Assembly (NCBI GenBank): GCA_002633005.1 | Contig: NMRA01000236.1 | Location: forward strand, 432,861 to 496,860 | Length of the DNA: 64,000 nt | Direction of reading: 5' to 3' | DNA from: Phoronis australis | Taxonomy: Eukaryota; Animalia; Phoronida | Shown here: in pieces, positions 54,270-64,000 of the stretch | Numbering within the stretch: the first letter of the stretch is position 1 | How the letters are laid out: every line of letters begins with the position of its first letter | The notes under the pieces: model-generated | The model's database searches: none | The model's input: only the letters and a program-made list of their open reading frames with translations | What the model was told of the DNA's origin: nothing | Made by a program: the position numbers and the translations under genes

Positions 54270-57200
54270 ACTAATTTCCGACATTTTCTAATGCTATAAA
54301 AAATGTTTACGTTATTTTTAAGATGAATTGTTTGCTTAACCATAATTGGTGTTTTTAAGCCAAATATCCGATAAAATGACCATTGCCAGTGAATGCTTAC
54401 ACACCCTTACACCGAAAAATAACTGTCACCTACGCATCCAGCCACACGGCGACTAATATGGCCTTACCGAGACAAATGTCAAACGTTTTTAGCACATGAG
54501 ACCGGCAAGTGCTGAATGAAACACGCTCTGGTTTAGGCCTAAAGCTTGTGCAAATTTCTTTAGATACAATGCACATCTAGCTCGTTAGATTGCGTAGCTC
54601 TGGCCAAAAGACTATCTCTGCTCTGGCAAATGAACTCTGGTGACACGCACGCGCTCGCTTACTCACTCAACGCAGACGAACTTCAAAACAAACGTCACGT
54701 GACAACAACGTGTGTTCGTACAGACATTTTTCTCATGTTGCCGATCATACATATAGATAGCACGATGTAGCACAGATTTGTACTTAAGCCTGCCGTTAAT
54801 CCCGACTCCACGGGAACTTAAAAATCTTAGGGGTGCTACTTGGAAAACTTCAGGAGGATTTCAGGTAATTTGCTTGAGTCGAAACTGTAGCATTCAAGTC
54901 GCCATATTGACGATTGCAAGGCAGTCAGTCAGCGAGTTTTCGTCCTGGGATTTCAGCACAATTATCTGTAAAATGATCGTAATTTAGCAGCAAAGTTTGA
55001 TAGCAATGCACCACGATTTTGTAGGAAATCTTACCTTCCGATTTCACCCGTTTCGGAGACCGGGTTTCAATGGCCTTGGGATATAATAAGTGCTCCCCCT
55101 GAAACGAACTTTTCTAAGCGCCCTGGGCGGTTATTACGGCAAATCCTTAAGACTTATAGTTTGATGCGATACTTGATTCTTGCAGTGTCGGAATATTCTT
55201 CAGCAGTTTCTAATTTGTGCCATTTCTTCCCATGACTTCTATATTGTAGCGCCAGTGTAGGAGGAGTGAGAGTTCCCGTAGACATTGTTTGACCTGTTTG
55301 TATTAAACTGCTAGCGTACGCAGCCTGTCATTCAGTGAATTACTTGGATGCATCATGCAAATACATGCAGACGGGACAATTTCTCCATGGTGACACTGGT
55401 TTCTATCACACCAGTGATAATTTTCAGCTATGGAACAAATTTTCCGCAGATCTTCACGCAAACGTTCGGCGTCATCCTAGTGAGCCATATTTCGGTCACA
55501 AACATCTGTGGTCGACCGCGGTGGCATAGGTGGTGTTGGCTACAGTGGCAGAGAGGAGGTGCTTTTATTTTAAAATCACTTGGCTCAGAATGGTGATTTT
55601 ATTTTTGCTTTAACTTTTAAATTTAGAGTAATCATTCTTTTAAAATTTTTGACACTTGATTTTCTTTTAAATATGTGTAACTGTTATTTTCAAAATATTT
55701 TTGTTTTAAAACAAAAATATTTTAAAATTGGTTTGCATCAAATTTTCTTTTTAAATTGTTGTACTTTAAAAAATATTTTAAGTTTTTTCTATTAAAAACC
55801 TTTTTTTTTCCAAAATTGTTTTTTGTCAGATTTTTTAAAACATCTTTTAACTTCAAAATTACTTCATTTTTAATGTTAAATTTATCGTGGCAGCCATGGG
55901 CCACCATAGTGATGCACATGGTGTTCTGCGTTGCTCATGCATCAAATGTCTAAACAAAAATGCTTAACTAGAAAATTTTACCTTGTTAGTGATTTGTCTC
56001 TTGTGTCCAGTCTACCAGAAAATTCTGTGTGGTTTTTGGTAAATCCATTGCTAACGTGTTTTTCCTGTAGCTTCACTCCTCATAGATGAGTAGAAATGTA
56101 ACTAAAATGGGACACTTATGCATACTGCAAAAATTCATTTCATCAATGTTTTAAGTACAAAATTGTGGTTTCTCCTTGTTATATCCCATTTAAAGTTAAT
56201 TTAGAACATTGCAGACCTGAGTTCTGTTGCATAACAGTGCTGCACGGAGCTGGATACAAAACATAAGATCACTCCATCACTTGTCATTTTACTATTGTTG
56301 AACTACGACCTGGGCATCATATCAAGTGGATCTTACCTCCCAGAATAACTGACGTTGCTGTAAATAATGATTTTGGTGATGCCGCAAACCCAGTCTTGAT
56401 TTGTTCAAAGTCTTTACACATTTTCGTTTGAAGTTGCAGTCTACCGGCACCTGCAGGGAATTTCTAGCATGCTGGTTGAATTGTAGCTCATTTGTTGCAA
56501 ACAGTTCCAGGCTTATTAGGAATAATTTAATTTACTAGTTTAACTCGTCATGATTGGCAACAGCAGGACTCCATAACTAGTGAAAATAGAATGTTGGGTA
56601 GAAACTAATTTTTTCAATTTTTCGTCTGTTTTATTTTCCGTTTGGCACTTCTTTCCCCTGCGTGTACATAGTTAAAATGTGAGGCCTGCCTTTATTTTGT
56701 ACTCTTTCCTTTGTGCTTGGTTCTATTTTTTTCCCAAACGATGTGACGTAGGACTTCAGAAATCATGGGAGTTAAAAGTTACTTGATGACTGAAAATTGA
56801 TTTTCATTGTACTAGTGTCAAATTATCCTAAAGTGTCAGCCACTTATAAATTGCAAATGCCAATGTGTTCTGAGGGTTTCTAATTAATTTTTTTGTGGAA
56901 AGGCAAAGCTATTTTTGATAGAAATGAAAAAAGCTTGGACAGTTGTGTGTTCAATGTTAAATAAAGTTGATTTTGCAGTATACTTGTTTTTGTAAAATCT
57001 TTGTATCCAAAAATTTTAACAAAAATAAGAGGCGGAATATTTTAACCTGCTACATCAAACAATTTTTTGTGATCTGTTGGATTTGTCGACATAGTCAGAG
57101 ATTCTCAAATATGAAAGAGTTTAACTTAATTTGAAATCTAAAAGCCAAGCATGCTCTGCAAATGGAAAAGCCCTTGCTTCAAGTAGCCATGAATGCTCGA

Positions 57201-58647
57201 CTGAAGGACATGAGGATTACTATTTAACCTTCACATTGCAAAGTAAAAATACCCGATACCACACCAATTTCTAATTTTGATTGTGAAATATTAGGTAATG
57301 TATAAGTATGAGTGTGTTACTTGATTCTTATCTCATTGTCTTGATTACGATTAAAAACTCCAGTTTGGGACAGTGTATAATTTGGGACACCAAAATGCAA
57401 GTCGAAATTCTACATTCTTGATTCTGAAGATTTAGACATGGATGATTTTTGCGTTCATTGTGTTTCTCAAAATTCGCACTGCAGCCCCATTGTGTGTAAC
57501 CTTGAAGTGAATGACTCTTTGTCTTTGATTGTAATTCTTCAATTTGGGACGTCCAATATTGCCCGATTCTAAAATTTGACACCCGCTCCAACCTTGAGAA
57601 AAGCAATGAATTTTTCGTTGTCCCAAACAAGAATTTTTATCTTGTGTCTGGATTACGGAGGTTCTCTTCCACACAATGGGTGACACATTCAAAATCCAAA
57701 CCACGCATTTCTTGGGAAGCAGAAAATAGGCAACCAAGACAATAGCAGAATTGCCAAAAATCATATATAAGTCAACACCATTTCCACCCACTCCCAAAAA
57801 ATCCCACTCGAGCTTGTAGTACATCCCCTACCAACCCCCAATGAAAACCCCAATGCCAAATTCACACGAGGAGTGGTGGTTGGTTGCCATTCTTGCACTG
57901 TATAACAAAACATTGAGCTCTCACTTGAAGTTTATACAGTGAAGCTTCATATTCGAACAGTTTTGTGAAACAGTGAAATTGCAAGAAATATTAATGAAGA
58001 ATCTGCTTCATTAGTAGTACAGTTTTCATTGCTGTCATCAACCAACGCTTTGTGCTTTTTCAGCAAATGCAGTGCACTCTTAACAGTGACACTATAAATT
58101 AGGCAATTACTTAGGTTGGAATATGAAGATATGTTACTGTGCAAAATTCAAGATGGCGGTTGAAACATTTTAACTGACAGTGGAAGTTTAGAGAAAAACA
58201 AGACAGTAATTAAAATGCAATGTAGTTGTATTCTCGTTCTAAACACTACAGACACAATGTTTTGTTTGTATCTACGTCCATTTTCTAGTTATGGCCTCTT
58301 GGGACAATAATACTTTCTCAACTGCCTTTGAGAGATTGCAATGTGTTTTCTTATAAAAAACTTAAATTATCAATCATCAAACTGTGTATTCTAGTTGTTA
58401 TCCTTCAGTCTGTATAATTCCTTATTCACAGTTAACCATTTGTCAGTTTGAAGCATCATGAAAATTGAACTTAAAACCTGGTTACTCACAACCAATAGTT
58501 AAATTGAAGTATCTGTTTTAAAAATTTTGGCAAAACTATTAACCCATATACCATTTTTTGATCTGAGCCACATTGCAATTTTCATAATGCTTCAGTTGTC
58601 TTTGTCCGTTATAAGTGAAATTTTCAAAACCTAAACCGAAGCCATGC

Positions 58648-58892
58648 TTATCGTTCGTACTCGCAAAGTGAGGGAAGATAGTAGTTGCAGTTGATGTCAA
58701 CCCAGTTTCCGAAGGAGCTGGATTTAGCAGCAAGATACATGGACATGCAAGTATTCTCGTTGTTCCGTGGATAACCACTTCTCCAAGATTCATCGCTCAT
58801 TGGCTGATCTTTGTTCGCCATCCATTCCCATTGGCCAGATTCTGTTTTATGTCCTCCGGTGAAAATGTGAGTAGATTGTTGCTTAGCTTGTG
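58648..58892 (-). CDS. C-type lectin gene, alternative terminal exon D (C-terminal half of CTLD)
   Basis: Acceptor tttcctaacag|CA, phase 1. HIFTGGHKTESGQWEWMANK...WRSGYPRNNENTCMSMY...GNWVDINCNYYLPSLCEYER*. Confidence 0.85.
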
Positions 58893-59418
58893 CTGTTAGG
58901 AAAAAATGCAGATACAACTTAGTTCAATGCAAAGATGCGGTCATCAGAGGCATAAAAATCATTCTTGCCATTTGGAACGTTACTTGTTAGCAAGTTATCG
59001 AATCCCGGCTTCGTAGCTTCTTTGGGCAGCCTGTATTGTTGAAGTCTAAAATATGAAGCAGTCATGCTGTAAATTAAATGTTACTGTATTGCAGATTCCC
59101 TGCAAGTATTAGCTGGAAGTACTGCAAAAACTCAAAAGTACAATGTGTTTAATTGTTACTTAGTGTTAGTGACAATTTTAACTTGTCTACAACACTGAAT
59201 TTTAAATAGTTAAACCAGTAAGATTTAGAATTGCCAGTAAGTAAGGAAAATAATGTCCATTTCAAATTTCATGCTTTGTTACCATGTTTAACAATCAGTT
59301 GGTGCCAATGATTAAATATCTGGATTTTCTCTCTGTGCCACTTGAATCATTAAGTAACAATTGTTTTTAAGATTTGATAGTAATGTTAATGTTAATGGAA
59401 TTATCTGGATTGTCTTGT

Positions 59419-59687
59419 TTAGTGTGCTGTAGCACAGATGAATGCATTTGGTGTTCTGCAGTCCATGTCGAACCACTGGCCAAAGTAGGAAGGAGATCCC
59501 AAGTTGATCACCATACAGTCGTCTGCGGCACGTGCCGACCGAGGGTTCATTCGGCCCCAGTTGCTATAACGGACAGGAAGACGAGAGTCCCTCCATGTCC
59601 AGTGGTGTTCCCCACGAAAGTTTCCATCACCCATAAAGTCAAATCCTCCCAGATACGCGTAATAGCTGTAGCCATTTCTGGCTTGGG
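59419..59687 (-). CDS. C-type lectin gene, alternative terminal exon C
   Basis: Acceptor ttgtattttag|CC, phase 1. YAYLGGFDF...WTWRDS...YSNWGRMNP...DDCMVI...GQWFDMDCRTPNAFICATAH*. Confidence 0.87.
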
Positions 59688-59747
59688 CTAAAATACAACA
59701 GAACAACAAACATGACTAGGTGTTCACCGAAACACATCCACACCATG

Positions 59748-60010
59748 TTAGTAATAAAACTCTCCTTTGTCAGTTTGGCACATTGAAGTGGCAAATGTTT
59801 CACACCGGGTGTCTACCCATTGTCCATATTTTCTCGCCACTGGATGTAGATACATGGCCATACACCGATAGGCTCCGTTATAGCTGCGAGGGTTTCCTTT
59901 CAGCCAGTAGAGTGGTCTAAACATATAGTCCTTTGATGTATACCATCTCCAGTGTCCGTTGTCATCTTTTTTGCCATCAACATAGACGTAAAAATCGATA
60001 CCCTCAGCAT
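59748..60010 (-). CDS. C-type lectin gene, terminal exon B, copy 2 (probably allelic duplicate)
   Basis: Same protein as 60195-60457, with 7 synonymous differences. Confidence 0.75.
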
Positions 60011-60194
60011 CTAAAAGGACAAAAGCGAAGTATTAGAGGCCGCTTGCCCTCTGAAAGAGAAAGGTGTTAGTTATAAGGGCAAGCGACTATGGCNCCCAGA
60101 TACGCGTAATAGCTGTAGCCATTTCTGGCTTGGGCTAAAATACAACAGAACAACAAACATGACTAGGTGTTCACCGAAACACATCCACACCATG

Positions 60195-60457
60195 TTAGTA
60201 ATAAAACTCTCCTTTGTCAGTTTGGCACATTGAAGTGGCAAATGTTTCACATCGGGTGTCTACCCATTGTCCATATTTTCTCGCCACTGGGTGTAGATAC
60301 ATTGCCATACACCGGTAGGCGCCGTTGTAGCTGCGAGGGTTTCCTTTCAGCCAGTAGAGTGGTCTAAACATATAGTCCTTTGATGTATACCATCTCCAGT
60401 GTCCGTTGTCATCTTTTTTTCCATCAACATAGACGTAAAAATCGATACCCTCAGCAT
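60195..60457 (-). CDS. C-type lectin gene, alternative terminal exon B
   Basis: Acceptor tgtccttttag|AT, phase 1. AEGIDFYVYVDGKKDDNGHWRWYTSKDYMFRPLYWLKGNPRSYNGAYRCMAMYLHPVARKYGQWVDTRCETFATSMCQTDKGEFYY*. Not in the ORF track. Confidence 0.85.
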
Positions 60458-62007
60458 CTAAAAGGACAAAAGCGAAGTATTAGAGGCCGCTTGCCCTCTG
60501 AAAGAGAAAGGTGTTAGTTATAAGGGCAAGCGACTATGGCAGGTGAAAAGATCAGTCAACTCATAAAGGAGAACCAAGAACTGAAAATAAACAAAAAGGG
60601 TACAGATTAGTTTGTTGTGACATCAGGTTGTTTCTGCAGATAGAGCCTATCCAGTTTTTGTCTTTGGTTATGATAAATCATGCGTCCAGATTTTGGGAAA
60701 GTGTCATTTGAAAGTCGAACGAGTAGGGTAAACTCATAAGAAGAGAAAGGTACAGAAACAACTCATAAACAACGAAAATTAACAGATAAGTCAGTTGCAA
60801 ACAGAACCGGAATACAGCGTGCATGAGTCAACAATAGCGTATGAAATTTTGTAGTTCAAGAAAGTTGTTGATTTTAAGAGTAGTCTTACATTTTTATATG
60901 TTGAGTTAGGAAATGTTTACATGTGTTTGGGTAAAACAATGTTACAACGTAAATGATGAAAATATCCTTACCTTTTCTTGAAATAAGTTCTCTTGTTGAA
61001 GTCAGGTATACTTGACTATTTTTGAGCCAATAAGCCATTGCAGTGGTAAGCAAAGGGTTTAGAATAGAACTCAAAGATATTTTATCTTTTTATTCCCAGT
61101 TTGCAAGTTGGAGGCATTAAGAACAGAATTATTACATGGACTAGCAGTATCCCAACCCTTTGCTTCCCATTACATGACGCTCTGAAACAGCTAACTTACC
61201 ACTCATTTGTCTTTTCCATGGTAACTTTTTATTGGTTCTTTTTCAATTGCAAATAAATTTATCCTATGCTTTCACCATAATCTTTACATTTGTTATGAAT
61301 GTTATCTCCCTCGGTTGATATATGTAGGGTGTTTTTTATCTTTGCTTGTAACTTGGTTTAAATTGATCAAAAATTGATATCTATCATGTGTAGGAAGCAT
61401 AGGATTAGGTTTACAATGGTGGACTATACACTGAGTGTTGGACAATGATCATAGGTTTTAATAACTGCATGTCTATCTTCTAATTTCTCTTAGTACTGGT
61501 TTTTATCACAGATAGCTTCCAATGAATACTGAAATTGTGACATTAATTTATGGAAATACAATCCAAACTTATTTGCATGACTGCTGCAATTTTTTGTCTC
61601 TCTGTAAAATATTTAACATAGTTGCTAGACACATATTAGAAACTTTTTAACAGAAAAATACAATCCTTGTTTTGTTAAGACCTAGTAGTTAACACTTAAG
61701 TAACGTTACAAGTCCAGTCCTCGTTTTTGTTAGACCTAGTTGTTAGCGCTTAATTAATGTTTCGACATCAGCTGATCAACGGTACGTCAACCTGGTTTAC
61801 AGGCCTCATTGCACACCCAACTCTCTGCTCCTTAGCTATTTTGTAGACTATATATGTAATGTAAACCAATTTTATTTTCCTGCTTACATAGGTTGACTAG
61901 TTGAAAGTTTGAAACGGTTCTGGCCGAAAATTTGTTCATTGCAAAACTTCAAGTTGGGCTGTCAATCATCTTCATTTCAGAAACATTGTCATGAACGTGT
62001 TAATAAA

Positions 62008-62375
62008 TTATTTTTTATGCTGTTCTCCCATCATGACATAGATGGACTTCGTATGTGCGCTGCTGCCACGATTCATCATTCCAAGAGCTTCCATCTGCTC
62101 CGCAAGGAGACGGTCACTCTCTGCTAGAAGTGCTGCCATGTTGGTTGGTGGATGTGAGCACACAAAGCCAAGGTCAATATCACATGGCATGCCCAACCAT
62201 TTTCCCACTTTCTTAGGATGCTGCATGTACAGTGTTAAACAACTGTCTTTTTCACCCTGCACTGGTTTGCCATGGTACCAGTTGTGATAGTCACCAAAAC
62301 CAGACCCTGTGACCCACTGCCATTGGCCGCGCAACTCTTCGCCGCCGACGTACAAATAGTTATCGGTGACGTGCA
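62008..62375 (-). CDS. C-type lectin gene, alternative terminal exon A (CTLD C-half plus ~45-aa tail)
   Basis: Acceptor ttttaatcgtag|TG, phase 1. YLYVGGEELRGQWQWVTGS...YHNWYHGKP...DSCLTL...GKWLGMPCDIDLGFVCS...*. AATAAA on - at 61876-61871. Confidence 0.88.
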
Positions 62376-62689
62376 CTACGATTAAAAGACAACTTATTGA
62401 TTAGTCAAGTATCTGTGAAAAGATACAAAATTTTCTGTTTTATATCTATTGTTTGGTTGATGATTCATTGTTGTGATTTTCAAAATGGTTAATACCAGGT
62501 GGCAACACTTCGTTGAGTTGCACAGACATCTTTTTTTGATCTAAATGAACTTGTTTATCAATATTCTTTTAAAAGCAGAAACATACAAACCTTATCAAGA
62601 AGTTGAAGTTGGCAGAAGGTGCTGTTTATCTTGTAATATACTAAATCAACAGAATCAACCGTAGCTATATTCATGGTGTGGATACTTAC

Positions 62690-62863
62690 TCTCGGACTTA
62701 AGGTATTGGACAATGTTCTCCTGCTCCAGTTTGCTGTTGATGGAGGCCAGGTTGGCTCTATCCTTCATGCAGTATTCCTGTGCATCCTTCCATTGCATCT
62801 TCTGTGGGACATATTTGTAGCATTTGGTTCCATACAGACTGTAACCATCGGGGCATGGGCGGG
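62690..62863 (-). CDS. C-type lectin gene, shared exon encoding the N-terminal half of the CTLD
   Basis: ttcacag|...|gtaagt, phase 1 to 1. RPCPDGYSLYGTKCYKYVPQKMQWKDAQEYCMKDRANLASINSKLEQENIVQYLKSE, a long-form CTLD N-half. Confidence 0.92.
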
Positions 62864-63031
62864 CTGTGAAGAGAACATTGTATTCATGTCATTTTTGTGT
62901 AATAAAAAGTATTAATTAGGAGTGGTTATAATGAATGGAATTGATAGAGATGACTGTCGGGTTTACTCAAGAAAGCTTGAGTCAACAAGTAGCTTATTAA
63001 TGGTTGTCGTTAGTCTAGTGTTTAGGCTTAC

Positions 63032-63953
63032 CTTCACAAGCTTCCTTCTGCCTCAGCAGGTCTGCTGCATAGTTTGTCATCTCTTCCTTCTCAGTTTTTA
63101 GTTTCGCGTTCTCGGCATTGAGTGTGTTGATGTTGGCTTGGAGATTGGCAATTTCGGAGTTCAGATTTTCGATGTTGCTCCTCAGGTTGTCAACTTCTTT
63201 GTTGCAGTTGTCGAGTTGCTCACGTGTTTCGGCGAGTTCAGCTGTCAGCTCTTGGTTGGCTGTTTGCAGAGCAGCGACTTGAGCTTCTAGTTCAGCAATT
63301 CGTTCCTTAAGAGCGTTGATTTCCCCATTGAGCTGTTCGACTTGTTGGTTCAAGTTTGCGATCTCGGCCCTTTTCTGTCGGACTTCAGTTTCGAGTTGTG
63401 ATCTCCTGGCCTGGCAAGATTCTAGGGCAGCGTTGAGGTTGGTAATTTCGGCATTGAGGGAAGCCACTTGCCTGTTGAGGTTGACTATCTCGGCAAGGTT
63501 AGCCTCTACTTGTTTTTCCAAGTTGGCCTTTTCGGCACGCAGCATGGTATTCTCAGCCATCATGTTCTCATTCTGACGCTCTAGGTTTTGGATCTTGGCC
63601 TCTTTCAAGCCCTTTTCGTTATATAGGTGTTCGTTGATTTGCTGTGTGCGAGCATTGTCAGCTTCTGCGGTGTGCTGCCGGGCCTGAGCTGCGTTACGCT
63701 GGCGCCTCAGATCATTGTTGGTTTTCCTAAGAATCTCGAGATCTAGCTTCTCAGACGCACACTGCTGCGAAGGCTCTCCAACTTCCCTTTGAAGTAAATG
63801 CTGGCGCATTTGACCTTTGCTGTTGCTTGGTCTCGCCTCCCGTTGGGTAGCTGTTGTACCTTTGCTATTGGCGGGTCTTGCCTCCTGTTGGCTGGCTGGT
63901 GAGACTCCTTTATAGGCTCTCATTCCGACCTCTCTTTGCATGTTCTTCAACAT
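63032..63953 (-). CDS. C-type lectin gene, 922-nt exon encoding a long coiled-coil stalk (further exons probably beyond window end)
   Basis: ttgtag|ATG...GAA G|gtaagc, ends in phase 1 and joins the CTLD exon. Heptad pattern, e.g. EIVNLNRQVASLNAEITNLNAAL. Confidence 0.88.
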
Positions 63954-64000
63954 CTACAAAATAGCATTACATCACTTGTACCTGCAATCAATCCACAAGT

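Larger units (their letters stand above)
52113..55148. mobile_element. Degenerate Tc1/mariner-pogo-like TIR element spanning the N gap
   Basis: TA|CCGTATTCGCCGTAATAACCG at 52111-52133 and CGGTTATTACGGCAAAT at 55128-55144. TAAGCGCCC subterminal motif at both ends. Confidence 0.6.

Noticed and set aside
55560-55890. F/K/L-rich ORFs
   Set aside because: AT-rich low-complexity sequence.
57328-57824. 100-aa and 130-aa minus-strand ORFs as further lectin exons
   Set aside because: No CTLD Trp/Cys pattern, and they overlap repeat-like sequence.
59374-63576. Plus-strand ORFs overlapping the lectin exons
   Set aside because: Antisense shadows of the real minus-strand exons. The substitutions between the exon B copies are synonymous only in the minus-strand frame.

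Overview
AT-rich, intron- and repeat-rich eukaryotic (invertebrate animal-like) genomic DNA, so most ORFs in the track are not genes. Four spliced genes are supported: (1) the last coding exon of an ABHD4/5-like alpha/beta-hydrolase (+, 2592-2789); (2) a complete 14-exon GPR89 (Golgi pH regulator) gene (-, 31246 to 16269, 459 aa); (3) the 5' part of a USP25/USP28 deubiquitinase (+, from 31844 to the catalytic Cys-box exon ending at 45849), head-to-head with GPR89; (4) the 3' part of a coiled-coil/C-type lectin gene (-, 63953 to 58648). The best candidate for an undescribed system is the lectin gene. One exon encodes the N-terminal half of the C-type lectin domain. It is followed by four different phase-1, stop-containing exons, each encoding an alternative C-terminal (ligand-binding) half, which points to lectin diversification by alternative last-exon choice. 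Between ABHD4/5 and GPR89 lies a ~7.5-kb stretch of decayed copies of an NHL-like beta-propeller coding segment, part of it turned into a ~175-bp satellite. Introns contain nested DNA transposons with readable target-site duplications, non-LTR and Penelope remnants, and minisatellites. Assembly gaps are at 54161-54269 and 60094. All homology calls come from recalled family motifs; no database search was run.
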